From positions 12,100-76,099 of IMG/VR virus record IMGVR_UViG_3300042384_001374: 64,000 nt of DNA. One strand, written 5' to 3'. The position numbers and the translations under genes were made by a program. The DNA comes from a virus. Shown piece by piece: positions 1 to 10,219 of the stretch. Under the pieces are notes generated by a model. That model did not search any database. It had not been told where the DNA came from and saw nothing but the letters and a program-made list of their open reading frames with translations. How positions within the stretch are numbered: position 1 is the first letter of the stretch; every line of letters begins with the position of its first letter.

Positions 1-195
1 GGAGTGGGCTCCATAATTGATCACGGCTTGCTCGGCAGTCAGGGTGACCGGGGTTGCAAATGCTTGGTAAGTACCCGGCGCGGTCAGATACTTGACGGTT
101 GCCGTGATGGTGCCGGATGTGGCGAAATAGCATGTTTTTCCCGGCGCAATATCCACAAGATAAGTTCCGGTAGCGGTGATGGTGAGCTTTTGCAT
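1..195 (-). CDS. hypothetical protein, partial (runs off window start); possibly small virion protein
   Basis: Manually read frame MQKLTITATGTYLVDIAPGKTCYF... is open from ATG at 195 to the edge; Thr/Ala-rich; downstream of TerL. Confidence 0.5.
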   Translation of the reverse strand, partial: MQKLTITATGTYLVDIAPGKTCYFATSGTITATVKYLTAPGTYQAFATPVTLTAEQAVINYGAHS

Positions 196-341
196 AAAAG
201 GGTGGGGTTACTACCCATTGACAGCGGGAGTGCCACTGTCTTGCTGAATCTACGGAGAATGTCAAGAAATCCTGCATAGATGACGGATTTCCATTCTGGT
301 GTAATGGGTAACATCTGCCTGATTTTAGCCGCAGCTAAAAC

Positions 342-3239
342 TCAACGCCGCATTTTGCTGCCGCAAGTAGTCGTCAAACCGATCTTCTGCTTCACTTTTT
401 CCCAGCCCCGGTTGGCCATCTTGCTGACCTTCTTCACTTCCTCTGAACGAAAGCGTCCCTTAGTGACAGCCTTCTCCACCAACAACAGGAAGGCGTCAGC
501 GCGGTCGGGCGATTTTTTCAGCCGCTTCTTCGCTTCGTCCTTACCCTCCACCCGCACGGTGCGGCCTTCCTTGGCGTGATACTCGCGCTCCACCAGCTCG
601 GCCATCGTCTCAATTGACAATCCGCTGATCTGGTTGGAACGGATGAACTCGGCCGGTTGAATCCACAACTCTGAGTTTTTGTTGTAATAGGTGCAGTCTT
701 CGTTGCGAAAAAGCACGGTGCGGTCGGACGCCTTGCCTTGGAAATTGACCTTCTGCACCGCAGGCGACCACTCCACGTCCACGATGTGCCCAAACGGAGT
801 GCCCGCTCCGGTGTTGTCGTGGATGGCGTCGCACGGTTTTACTCCCATTTGGATGCCCATGTCCCGCCACTTGCGAATAATCTGGTAGCTGAGCGGGGTG
901 GTCTTGTCGGTGATGTCGTCCTCGATGGTGGTTTCAAGGCAAACGTGCAGATGATCGCGGCCGTTTACCTTCCCAAGCTTGCCGAAAGCCGCTTGCGAAC
1001 GGTCGCCGCCGCGTGAAAACGACGGGTCCAGCGATTCGAGAATTTCCGGATGCGTGTCCCACGCTGGTTCGATTTGGCTCAGGGCGCACGAAATGAGAAA
1101 CTCAGTTTCGGAGTAGATCGAATTGGCGGAACCGTCCGGGCACCAGAACGCCTTGACGAACCGGTAGTAACCCCGCGACTTCTTGCCGCCTCGTTGACCC
1201 GCAATGCGGTCGCAATACGCCTGATCCGGCTGCCAATGAAACTTGTGTCCATCCGGGTGGGTAATGCGCGGGCTTTCTTCAGCATTAAAGCGCACGCATT
1301 TGCCGTATTTGGTGCGCCAACGCATCTGGGATTCGTTCACCGACTTCCAGCCCTCGTCAGGTTCGCAGAGGTCGCCGAATGGATCGGTGAGCTTGTCCGG
1401 GTTGGCCATGCCTGCAAATGTCAAAGTTTCGTTGGAAATCAAGTTTTCGGAAGCAGTCTTAAGGATACCCGGATGCAGCTCGTTGAACTCGTCCGCCGCC
1501 ACAACCACCACCGGGTTCTTGATTCCGAGCAGCTCTTTGGATGCTTCCTCCCCGTCTGCTTTGCCCGCCGCCTTAAGCACGATGCCCGAGTTGCGCCACA
1601 GTTTGCCGTTGGCATCCACTCCCTTAATGTAGCCGTCCGAGTCAATGAGCTTGCCGGGACAACCCATGATGGACGCCTGCCCCCACAATTGAGTGAGCGA
1701 CTTCCAAACCCGCATTCGAGCGTCTTGTTTGGTGGTAGACATGATGATGAACCAAGTCTCAGACGGGCGACCCCAGTAGGCCATCAACCCGTAAAGAGCC
1801 ACCGCGTCGCTCTTGCCCGAGTTGTGATGAATTACCCCTTCCGCAAAGTAGTGCCCCTGAATTGGCACGGTCACATCGTAGAACTCGCAAATCCCAAGAT
1901 TGGTGATTGACTCCACCTGTGGAAGTGAGACCATCAAATACGATGAAACATCAGAATAAAGGCTGGAGCAAGCATGTGGAACGGAATCAAAAAATTGCGG
2001 ATCTGTTCCGAGAGATGAAAAGCACCCGTCTGGTTGCTGACGAGGTTGGAATGTCGGTGAAAATGATTGGCTATATCCTGAACCGGCAGGGCATTCCGAC
2101 ACCAAGGACTGGAATGCGCTGTAACCCTTACGCAGCTTGCGACCGAAACTCAGCGCTAGTGCTAAAAATGTGCTCCGAAAGCTCCACTCTGAACGAGATG
2201 GCGGAGGCAGTTGGAACCGTAGGGCGGGAGGTGAAGAAATTCCTTCGTCGGAATGGCGTGACAAAAGAGTTTCCAAAAGCTCCGCACACCGGAGATCGTC
2301 ATCACCAATGGAAGGGCCGGACGGTGGACAAGGACGGCTACATTCTGATTCATCACAAAGGTCATCCGAATGCGCGGAAGCACAGCCACTTTGTTCTGGA
2401 ACATCGTCTGGTGATGGAAAGCGCTCTAGGCAGGCATCTATTGCCAACTGAAGTCGTTCATCACCGCGATGGAAATAAGCAGAACAACCAGATTGAAAAT
2501 CTCCAGTTGTTTGCAAGCAATGGAGAGCATCTTGAAGTGGACCTTGCTGGACGGTGCCCGAAATGGAGCGAGGAAGGGAAGGCTCGTATCCTAGAAGCGA
2601 CGCGCCAACGCTGGCTTCGCGAGCACGCTTCCAGCCGTCCGGAGTCAGAATTAAGTGGTCTCCAGTGCATTTGAACGATTTTCCATTGCTGAGCCGAAAT
2701 TCAAACATCTCGGCCTTTCCTTTGAGGTAAGGAGTTTCGGCCAGCTCCGGACCATTCAGCGTCATAACCCACGGTCGCTCACCCGCATCAGAGAGTTCTT
2801 TGATCGTCGGTTCCTCCCATGTGGTCGGATCAAAAATCCGGGTGTCTCCTGAAACGCAAGACGAGCACCCGGCATAGCCGACAAAATTCTTCTCTCCCTT
2901 ATCGGTGATGCACTCGCGCAAAATCGTCTCGGTCCATTCGTTCCAGATAATACGCCTGATCGAGCCGGGGCAGTTGAACGACAGGTCGATGGCTCGGCGT
3001 AGGTAACGCCAGCGGTCGTCCTTGGTCGGCGGTGCACCCGTGCGAGAGCCTCCACGCCACTCAGCTTGGAAGCACATGAACAGACAGGCCGTCAGCTCGG
3101 ACGTTCCATTCGGAAAACCAGCCCCGTCCAACCAAACCGAGCCATCGGCATCAACTGTGTAAGGCGCAGGTTCAAAGAGCCCTTGCGGGCTGGGCGCTAT
3201 CGCTGTGGTCATGCCTTCCACTACCAGACATTCAACCAA
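342..3239 (-). CDS. terL: terminase large subunit, interrupted by an intein in the Walker A motif
   Basis: Spliced Walker A GCSS|SGKS, Walker B VVVAADE, coupling motif ANP, RNase H-like nuclease region (LDPS..GGDRS, DNTGAG, SPDRADA). Confidence 0.9.
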   Translation of the reverse strand: MVECLVVEGMTTAIAPSPQGLFEPAPYTVDADGSVWLDGAGFPNGTSELTACLFMCFQAEWRGGSRTGAPPTKDDRWRYLRRAIDLSFNCPGSIRRIIWNEWTETILRECITDKGEKNFVGYAGCSSCVSGDTRIFDPTTWEEPTIKELSDAGERPWVMTLNGPELAETPYLKGKAEMFEFRLSNGKSFKCTGDHLILTPDGWKRAREASVGASLLGYEPSLPRSISGTVQQGPLQDALHCLQTTGDFQSGCSAYFHRGDERLQLAIDACLERFPSPDDVPEQSGCASAHSDDLCDESECSRPCPPSGPSIGDDDLRCAELLETLLSRHSDEGISSPPALRFQLPPPSRSEWSFRSTFLALALSFGRKLRKGYSAFQSLVSECPAGSGYSQSFSPTFQPRQQPDGCFSSLGTDPQFFDSVPHACSSLYSDVSSYLMVSLPQVESITNLGICEFYDVTVPIQGHYFAEGVIHHNSGKSDAVALYGLMAYWGRPSETWFIIMSTTKQDARMRVWKSLTQLWGQASIMGCPGKLIDSDGYIKGVDANGKLWRNSGIVLKAAGKADGEEASKELLGIKNPVVVVAADEFNELHPGILKTASENLISNETLTFAGMANPDKLTDPFGDLCEPDEGWKSVNESQMRWRTKYGKCVRFNAEESPRITHPDGHKFHWQPDQAYCDRIAGQRGGKKSRGYYRFVKAFWCPDGSANSIYSETEFLISCALSQIEPAWDTHPEILESLDPSFSRGGDRSQAAFGKLGKVNGRDHLHVCLETTIEDDITDKTTPLSYQIIRKWRDMGIQMGVKPCDAIHDNTGAGTPFGHIVDVEWSPAVQKVNFQGKASDRTVLFRNEDCTYYNKNSELWIQPAEFIRSNQISGLSIETMAELVEREYHAKEGRTVRVEGKDEAKKRLKKSPDRADAFLLLVEKAVTKGRFRSEEVKKVSKMANRGWEKVKQKIGLTTTCGSKMRR
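1821..2858 (-). mobile_element. intein (346 aa) in TerL
   Basis: Starts CVSGDTRI (block A), has block B KCTGDH, ends FYDVTV..GHYFAEGVIHHN followed by Ser+1. Confidence 0.93.
1943..2674 (+). CDS. HNH homing endonuclease with two N-terminal HTH-like repeats, antisense within the intein
   Basis: GYILI..HP...VLEHRLVME..LGRHL...EVVHHRDGNKQNNQIENL is an HNH_3-type motif; ATG at 1943. Confidence 0.9.
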   Translation: MKHQNKGWSKHVERNQKIADLFREMKSTRLVADEVGMSVKMIGYILNRQGIPTPRTGMRCNPYAACDRNSALVLKMCSESSTLNEMAEAVGTVGREVKKFLRRNGVTKEFPKAPHTGDRHHQWKGRTVDKDGYILIHHKGHPNARKHSHFVLEHRLVMESALGRHLLPTEVVHHRDGNKQNNQIENLQLFASNGEHLEVDLAGRCPKWSEEGKARILEATRQRWLREHASSRPESELSGLQCI

Positions 3240-3253
3240 CCGAAAAGACTTTT

Positions 3254-3508
3254 TTAGCCACGACTAAAATCGCACTTCGGCAACATAGACGCAAGTTTGT
3301 CAAATTCAGCTCGATTCCTTTCGATCCAGACGCGCTCCACTTCTTCTTGAAAGAATCGAATTACCTCACGCATCTGATTCCTCTTTATCTCACTCGTTGC
3401 AGCGACGCTAGGAGCCGCTTGAACTTCAACTGCGGCACATAGTGAGGGAGCGATAAACGGAGCGCTCACAGCGCCCGTCAGCAGGGTAAAGAAGGAACGT
3501 CTTTTCAT
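3254..3508 (-). CDS. hypothetical protein with twin-arginine-like N-terminus
   Basis: MKRRSFFTLL followed by a hydrophobic stretch. Confidence 0.55.
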   Translation of the reverse strand: MKRRSFFTLLTGAVSAPFIAPSLCAAVEVQAAPSVAATSEIKRNQMREVIRFFQEEVERVWIERNRAEFDKLASMLPKCDFSRG

Positions 3509-3557
3509 GGTGGTGGAAAAAAACCGGGCTGGCCGCAGTTCAACACATCCTCTCCAC

Positions 3558-3902
3558 CTAGTCAATCCCGCTTTCATCGTTCTCGTTTTCGTTTTGGCAG
3601 ACTTGGCAAATGCACGAATACCCGGTGTTTACGCCGCCTTTTTCAATCAACTCTTTCACCTCGGCGTCCGACAAATCCATTTCCTCTTTCATCTGATTCA
3701 GCAGCTCAACCGGGGCGTTCTCATATGACCCCGGCGCTTCCCCATGCCACGTTAAATCCTCCCCCTCCCAGTCCACCGCAAACCCGGTTTCAAGCATGCA
3801 TTCCGGATCAGCCGGGAACTCCGCTCCACACCAGTCACAAAGCCACAGCACGGGTTCAAGTTCCATAAACCGCATTCCAGACCCAGATATCTTGAATGTC
3901 AA
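3558..3902 (-). CDS. hypothetical Zn-binding acidic protein
   Basis: CDWC and CICQVC motifs; start uncertain. Confidence 0.55.
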   Translation of the reverse strand: MTFKISGSGMRFMELEPVLWLCDWCGAEFPADPECMLETGFAVDWEGEDLTWHGEAPGSYENAPVELLNQMKEEMDLSDAEVKELIEKGGVNTGYSCICQVCQNENENDESGID

Positions 3903-4177
3903 GCTGTCGGTAATTCTTTAGCCACGGCTAAAACCCAGTTGCCAATCACCCATGAACATCAAACCGCTTTGTCGCTCACCAAACGTCAATCCGCGTACAT
4001 CAAACGAATTTTTTTAGCCGGGATTTTTTTATTTTTCGTGAGTGATTTTTTCTGAATCTGTCACATGGAACCCATGCTGTCATCCTCGTCCCTGTGACAT
4101 CTCGCGCAACAGAGGAGACACCCGTCGCCCCTGCAAGCCACTGAGATACAACACAACACCAATAGAACGATACGACA

Positions 4178-4396
4178 ATGAACAAGATCAACATCACCAT
4201 CCAACAGTCAGCCTACCACGCACAGCTTCAGAACCTTGAGACACGAAGACTCAGCATCCTTGCGTTGGCGCGCACTGGCACACCTGATGTGCCTGCGGGT
4301 AACGCTAATGGTCAGGGTCCACTCATTGATGCACTCAAGGAAGTAGAACGTGAGATGGCGCGGGTATTCACGCTGTCGATGACGAGCTGGCATTGA
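4178..4396 (+). CDS. hypothetical protein
   Basis: ORF after an A/C-rich leader. Confidence 0.55.
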   Translation: MNKINITIQQSAYHAQLQNLETRRLSILALARTGTPDVPAGNANGQGPLIDALKEVEREMARVFTLSMTSWH

Positions 4397-4430
4397 CTGC
4401 ATCGCGGAGCCTGACCGCACAACAGGCAGT

Positions 4431-4733
4431 TTACCACTTGGCTTTGTCGGCCCAGTAGGCTGCACTCATCTTGCCCTTGGCGATGTTCTTGCCGTGGCGT
4501 GACTTGAAGCTCGCACGCTTGTCCTTCATCGCTTGGGATTCACCCTTCTTCGGAGCGCCTGCGGTCTTTGCGCCTTGCTCGCCAAAGCGGATGGTCTTCA
4601 CCTTCTCACCCACCTTGGCCACTACGATGTGGCTCTTTTTCGGGTGGGCGGGTGTGCGCTTCGGTTTGTTGACGCCGCTGACTCCGGCTCTCTTGACTGC
4701 GGATGCGGCTTTACTGGTTGGCTTTGCGCTCAT
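4431..4733 (-). CDS. conserved basic phage protein
   Basis: NKPKRTP.HPKKSH.V....IRFG.QG...SFK.RH...SAAYWADK.KW is a pattern common in aquatic phages. Confidence 0.75.
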   Translation of the reverse strand: MSAKPTSKAASAVKRAGVSGVNKPKRTPAHPKKSHIVVAKVGEKVKTIRFGEQGAKTAGAPKKGESQAMKDKRASFKSRHGKNIAKGKMSAAYWADKAKW

Positions 4734-5366
4734 GCAGCAAGCGTAAAACAAAGCGCCAATCGCATGCAATCCTTTTCCCTCGCTCGGTGGACACCACTGA
4801 GCCCTCTAGGGAATCTAGAGACACGCACCAGCCGTGAACCTACGCTGGCTTTACACGTATGAAAGACATCATCTATGAACTGGGTCAAGTGGCCCTGAAG
4901 ACCATTTGGCTCGCCTTGGCGGTTGCAGCCGTCATCGGTGTGCTCAAGGCAATGTCTTGGGCCGACACTGGTATGCGCACCCTTGGCATCGAGGAGGTGC
5001 AGCCATGATCCACTATTCGTCGCCCGATTGGGTAGGTGAGATGCTGGTCATGCTTTACGGCGGTGAGCAGTTGGAGTTTGAGTTTTAGCCACGGCTAAAC
5101 GAGTTGGAGCGCCAGTCAATTGGCTGGTGTCTCCTTCTCCTTTCGGGTGCGCGGGTCGAGAGCTAGGCTCTCCCTGCGGTGGTTGGTTTGGGCTGGGCCC
5201 TGAATCCCCAGTCGTGATCCCATCCCATCCCGTATTGTATTTACGATATCAATCATTCTGAGAGGTAAGAGGCTGCTGCTTATTGTCTTTATTGGTCGTC
5301 TGAGGGTTCTCAGGCACTTCGCGCTATTGCGAAGGCAAGACCAATGCGACACAACCACACACGTCC

Positions 5367-5612
5367 ATGAGCCGATACATCACCACCACCAAGTCAGGTC
5401 AGTCCTTCAGCTACGGATTCGACGACTGCGGCATTCCCGGATACTTCCTGTCCAACGACGAGTCTGATTACGACACACGCGCCTTCATGGCTGACGAGGA
5501 TTGCTGCCTCTCACGCGGCCAAATTCTCGACATGATGAACTTCATCAACGAGATTGGCGGCTTTATCCCACAAGCTCACATCGACGCCATTGCGCTCGAT
5601 CTGCCTTTTTAA
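5367..5612 (+). CDS. hypothetical protein
   Basis: Clean ORF after an AC-rich leader. Confidence 0.6.
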   Translation: MSRYITTTKSGQSFSYGFDDCGIPGYFLSNDESDYDTRAFMADEDCCLSRGQILDMMNFINEIGGFIPQAHIDAIALDLPF

Positions 5613-5960
5613 ACGACTGTTTGACACTTCGCAGAGTGGCCCTTCGGGGTTAATGCGGCAGTCAGGTCACACTGGCTCTGGTCACAAGCCCAGACAACAA
5701 AAATAGTTTTGAAGTGGTTTCATTGATAACACAGTCACTTGTGAATCCTTAGTAAACCACTCAAGTTACTATTGTCTTGATCTAACGCTGACCCTCCCAC
5801 TATCCTTGGTACAGCGCTAAGCGGGTGTGCACCTCGCCTAATCTCCTCGCTTCAACTCAAATTCATCACACAGGGAAGGCTTAAGAGTCTTATTTGAACC
5901 CCTGATTACTTCAGTATTCCGAATGGTTCGCCTGATTTGCAGCTTGGCTAAAACGTACAC

Positions 5961-6434
5961 TCAGTCATCAGACACGCGAGGGGAGAAGCCGACAGCGGTA
6001 AGGATGGCAAGGTTGACGTTACCGGACGATTGGTTTTCCTCGGGAGGGGTGATGGCTTCGTTCATGAGCTTGGCGGCTATTGCGGCCTCGCCGAACGACT
6101 GCGGGACGGGAGCCATAGCGAAGAAGCGTTCAAGCGACTTCTTGGCCCCTTGGAAAACGGTTTCTCGTGCCTGTTCCTTGCGAGCGACCCACACGGTGGC
6201 TGCTGCGGCTGCGGGATCGTCCTTAGAGAGTTCGCCGCGCACGCCACGTTGGATGCGTGCAGGGGTGCACCATTGCTCTTGTGAGGCGCGGTCCTTGATG
6301 GTTTGCACGACCACGGGATACTGCGATGCAATGGCTTCGTAGGCTTCGCCGGATTCGGCGCGGGCCTTAACTTCGAGCCACTGCGTCTTGCTCATCTTCG
6401 GTTTAGCCTCTGGCTGTGGTGTGCTGTCATCCAT
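5961..6434 (-). CDS. putative terminase small subunit
   Basis: N-terminal HTH (YEAIASQYPVVVQTIKDRASQEQW) plus helical region; same strand as and upstream of TerL. Confidence 0.55.
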   Translation of the reverse strand: MDDSTPQPEAKPKMSKTQWLEVKARAESGEAYEAIASQYPVVVQTIKDRASQEQWCTPARIQRGVRGELSKDDPAAAAATVWVARKEQARETVFQGAKKSLERFFAMAPVPQSFGEAAIAAKLMNEAITPPEENQSSGNVNLAILTAVGFSPRVSDD

Positions 6435-6568
6435 GCGCGATGCTTACCATTCTCTCTCATCCGCTGCAATGCTCTTTCCTTGCCCTGCTGCAATGCCTGT
6501 GGCGCGTTTAAATGCGCGTCCGGGCACTGTGTCCCCAAACCACTCTCCAAACCATAGAATCCACACGT

Positions 6569-6820
6569 ATGACCACACAACAAGCCATCCAAACCAATGC
6601 CAACATCTCCTACATCGAACCCGGTGATGACGGCATTACACCAGTAACCATTACTGTCAGCGCATGGGAAGCCATCGCTCTCACCGCACCATCGTATGCA
6701 CGCGCCAACCTCAAACTCCGAACCAATGGGCAGGACATTCTCCAACCCACATTCGAGCAAATGCTTGACGACTACCTCGTCGTTCACTGGGCAACCATCC
6801 AGCCTTTTAGCCGTGGCTAA
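6569..6820 (+). CDS. hypothetical protein
   Basis: ORF whose stop lies inside an 18-bp palindrome. Confidence 0.6.
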   Translation: MTTQQAIQTNANISYIEPGDDGITPVTITVSAWEAIALTAPSYARANLKLRTNGQDILQPTFEQMLDDYLVVHWATIQPFSRG

Positions 6821-6835
6821 AATCAAACGCCTCTC

Positions 6836-6855
6836 ATAGCCCTTCGGGCGTGAGA
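6836..6855 (+). promoter_or_regulatory. triloop hairpin element 1 (AGCCC-TTC-GGGC-GTGAGA)
   Basis: One of 7 copies of AGCSC-NNN-GSGC-KKGRRR; lies upstream of the 615-aa ORF. Confidence 0.6.
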
Positions 6856-6895
6856 AGCAACCACTCTCCCAAACAAAGAAAGACACACGCACCAA

Positions 6896-8743
6896 ATGAA
6901 GACTACATCAGCTAGCACTTATGCCTCCGCGTTCATCGACACGATGGCGTATTCCGACATCAACGGCAACGTCGCCGAGTCAATCGAAGACGCGCTTGCC
7001 GCCAACTTCAGCCGTGACTTGTTCACGCCCACCCACAACCTGCCTGCCGACATCTTCAAATCAGACGAACTGGTTCACGTCATCAAGCCATCGTTGGTCA
7101 GGACAATGGCCCAAGAACTCGCCGCGTTCCACGACCGCCGCCGCTTGGCAGACGCGCGCTGGACCCAAAAATCCACGTTGTTCTCAAACTTCGGCCGCTG
7201 GCTGCAAGCGGACGAGAAGGCCATCGTAGCCAATGCCAAGGAAGGCTTGGAATCAGTTGAGGACCGCTTGGGCGTCCTGCCCTACGTAGTCGAAAAGATC
7301 CGCTCACGCAAAGCGTGGAAAGACGAGCAAAACGTCGCGCAAGACCCAACGAATTATGCGGACACCTCGCTCGACTACGATCTGCCGCCACGCACCAAAG
7401 GACGCTCGCACGCTCCGGCGTATTACAGCATCACCGGACCAAGCGGTCGCACCATCGACCTGAGCCAACCGCACAACGCGTTCAAGCCGATCCTCTCATC
7501 CAATCCAAACGATGCGTTCCGACGCTTCATCACCCGCTTGGGTGTGGACCGCAAAGGCGGCGAGACCGAGTTGCTAAACCTGTTGCTCAAGGCCGACAAA
7601 GTGACTTGGGTCAATGCCAACGGCGAACCGTGCAGCGACTACAAGTGGCTGCCGAGCTACGTCAGCTCAATGCGCAACGGTGTGTGGTTCGTGATGGTCG
7701 GCTGGAAGCTCAACCCAAAGTGCCAATACGGCCAGTTCCACCGCGAGCTGCCTGACGGTTCGATGGTGATGCCGTTCATCGAGAACGCATCCGGCGAGCT
7801 TGAGCCATTCATCCCCGGCGTCCACATGGAGTCGGACATCCTCACCACTTCGCAACTCGACTACAAGCTGCTCTGCGAAGACAGCGGCATGGCAATCGTG
7901 GATAAGAACGAGGACATCGTCGATTACATGAACGAGTCGGAAGAACTCGTCATGGAAGGCTTCATCCGCGACGACGACCACGCCGAAGAGGAGGTTGACA
8001 ACTGGCTGCTAATTCAAGCTGCGTCCGAAATGGACCGGATGATCGACCTACGAGTCGGTTCGGCAGTGTGGCTGATCGACGGCTTCGACGATCAGGTGTT
8101 CACGCACACCCGCAGTGTAGGTGCAGAGTGCCACAAGCTAAAGATGCTCATCCGCGACAAAAAAGCTCAAATTGCCGCATTCGTCACATCAACGCCACCT
8201 GATGGTTTCGATGCTGAGTCGCGCAATGCCGAAGGCAAAGACCTCGCCTATGCCTTGGAAGCACTCCAGAGCAAGCTCACGTCCACCCGCGCCAACTACC
8301 GCTTGGCCAGTGAGGATTTGAAAGCGCAAACGCGTCAAACACTCTGGGAAGATCGCCTGCCACGCGAATGCGTAGGCACACCACGCTCGTCAGCTCCGGA
8401 TGCCTTCAGCGCACCATTGCCAACAAGTGTGAATGTGCTGGGCGGGCATCCCATGGCAGGTGCGAACGTGACGGTCATTCAAGGTGCGTCTAACGAGCCG
8501 CGCAACATCGCGATTTTAGCCAAGGCTAAAGTAAACGCGGTCGAACGCATCGTCCCAACCGCCAATCCGATGCGCTTGTTGCAAAACGGCCTCACACGCC
8601 TCTGCACCACACCTACGGGCAATGTATCCACCCGGATGGCTGCAAAGCCTCCTGTGCGTCACACAACACCCGCAAACGCATCACCAAAGCTCAAGCGCAC
8701 ATTGCTGCGCATGATGCTCGGTGGCAAGCCGCTGAATGCATAA
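6896..8743 (+). CDS. large hypothetical early protein (615 aa)
   Basis: Long ORF; no motif recognised. Confidence 0.8.
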   Translation: MKTTSASTYASAFIDTMAYSDINGNVAESIEDALAANFSRDLFTPTHNLPADIFKSDELVHVIKPSLVRTMAQELAAFHDRRRLADARWTQKSTLFSNFGRWLQADEKAIVANAKEGLESVEDRLGVLPYVVEKIRSRKAWKDEQNVAQDPTNYADTSLDYDLPPRTKGRSHAPAYYSITGPSGRTIDLSQPHNAFKPILSSNPNDAFRRFITRLGVDRKGGETELLNLLLKADKVTWVNANGEPCSDYKWLPSYVSSMRNGVWFVMVGWKLNPKCQYGQFHRELPDGSMVMPFIENASGELEPFIPGVHMESDILTTSQLDYKLLCEDSGMAIVDKNEDIVDYMNESEELVMEGFIRDDDHAEEEVDNWLLIQAASEMDRMIDLRVGSAVWLIDGFDDQVFTHTRSVGAECHKLKMLIRDKKAQIAAFVTSTPPDGFDAESRNAEGKDLAYALEALQSKLTSTRANYRLASEDLKAQTRQTLWEDRLPRECVGTPRSSAPDAFSAPLPTSVNVLGGHPMAGANVTVIQGASNEPRNIAILAKAKVNAVERIVPTANPMRLLQNGLTRLCTTPTGNVSTRMAAKPPVRHTTPANASPKLKRTLLRMMLGGKPLNA

Positions 8744-8760
8744 GCCCTTCGGGCGGGAGA
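8741..8760 (+). promoter_or_regulatory. triloop hairpin element 2
   Basis: TAAGCCC-TTC-GGGC-GGGAGA. Confidence 0.6.
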
Positions 8761-8940
8761 TGAAAATGTCAGGAGAGAGTGGCGGGTTCGCAAGGACTTG
8801 CCGCTCTCTTGTCTGAAAGGGGCCTTGCGACATCGGGCCTGCAATAGCAAATCGACACGCAATACGAATACAGACAAACAGGGGGCGCGACCTGAACGCG
8901 CAACACAACAACCAAACTAGAATCGAACCTACCAAACATC

Positions 8941-9417
8941 ATGAATTCAGAAACCAACATCGAAAACACTGAGGCCCAAATCGAATTCCCAACCGCCGAG
9001 CTGACCGTCAACACGGGCTACATCAAACTGGAAGAGTCGCAAGACACTCCGGCCACCGTCATCACCGCCGAGCCACGCGTCAATGCAGGCGGCAAGCCAT
9101 TCATCGCCCTCACGCTTCAACTCGCCGAAGGCCGCACCAGTCACAAAATGTGGGTTAGCACCCCGGCAGCCGCTGCAAATACACTGCGCCAACTCAACCG
9201 CGCATTCGGCATCAAGGCGTTCACCGAGTTGCCATCCATCGTCGATCAAAAGTGCAGCATTAGCTCGCGCTTCGACGACTACTCGCAGCGCATCACGGTG
9301 GCATACATCAACCGCTACAACGAACACGCCAACGACGTAGTGGACCTGTCCAGCCTTGACGCGCTTGCCGCATCCGTGCCAGAAACCACAACCGACCTCG
9401 CAAGCGTCGAATTCTGA
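8941..9417 (+). CDS. putative single-stranded DNA-binding (OB-fold) protein
   Basis: Beta-rich core, acidic tail ending in Phe (DLASVEF). Confidence 0.5.
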   Translation: MNSETNIENTEAQIEFPTAELTVNTGYIKLEESQDTPATVITAEPRVNAGGKPFIALTLQLAEGRTSHKMWVSTPAAAANTLRQLNRAFGIKAFTELPSIVDQKCSISSRFDDYSQRITVAYINRYNEHANDVVDLSSLDALAASVPETTTDLASVEF

Positions 9418-9439
9418 TTCCCCCCCCCAACCCCCCCAG

Positions 9440-9477
9440 CCCGCCTGTGCTTAACCGCGCAGGCGGGTTTTCTTTTT
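9440..9477 (+). terminator. intrinsic terminator
   Basis: CCGCCTGTGC-ttaacc-GCGCAGGCGG followed by a T-rich tract. Confidence 0.7.
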
Positions 9478-9491
9478 GTGACACTTCAATC

Positions 9492-9845
9492 ATGAAAACC
9501 ACCAAAATCAGATCAATCTTCACACGCAGCCACGCGCAACTCCGCAAAGCCCGACGTGAATACATCAACACGCAGCGCCACGCCATCCTGCAATCCGCCG
9601 GAAACGACGTAATGCACGCTGCCATCTTGGAGATGATCGACTCGGGGCTCTATGCCAAGCCTGCGTCACGGCCCAAATCCGAGCGCTCGTTCCACGACTT
9701 CCGGTTCTCAGTCGCCAGAGCCATCTGGCAAATCGAAAAAGAAATTTGGGGAGCTGAACTCGTTGGGCAATGGCATTTCTGGACCACCCGCAATGGGTTC
9801 GACATGCAGTTTGGCCGCAACCTCAAACAGCAAAAAATCGCATGA
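9492..9845 (+). CDS. hypothetical protein
   Basis: ORF from MKTTKI. Confidence 0.6.
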   Translation: MKTTKIRSIFTRSHAQLRKARREYINTQRHAILQSAGNDVMHAAILEMIDSGLYAKPASRPKSERSFHDFRFSVARAIWQIEKEIWGAELVGQWHFWTTRNGFDMQFGRNLKQQKIA

Positions 9846-10219
9846 AAACCCGCATCTTGCTCCACCTTGGCTGCCTATTACGCCGTCCGTCCCACCTTGT
9901 TTGGCATTTACGCGGCATCTTACGTGAGTTTGCGCATTGACTCGACGTTTAGCCACGGCTAAAACTTTTCACACATCAATCATTCTATGAAAACAGAAAC
10001 CTCCACCTACGTTCCCGGCTACTGGGTGCGCCGCTAAACCAACATGACAACAATCCCCACACCCCCTGAAGAATCCGGCACTGCACGCCGCGACCGTCAT
10101 CAAGTCCATCAAACGTTGATGGAGGAACAAAAAGCCCGCATCGTCACCGCCCGCGAGCGGCACAAGCGCGACCACGGCCGCATCCGCTCGTATTCAGGGA
10201 ATTTCTACTAATTTTCCAA

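Noticed and set aside
84-314. 76-aa minus-strand ORF after TerL
   Set aside because: An alternative frame starting at 195 looks more protein-like.
9415-9440. TGATTCCCCCCCC after two genes (also 21338)
   Set aside because: Only two low-complexity copies; function is unsupported.
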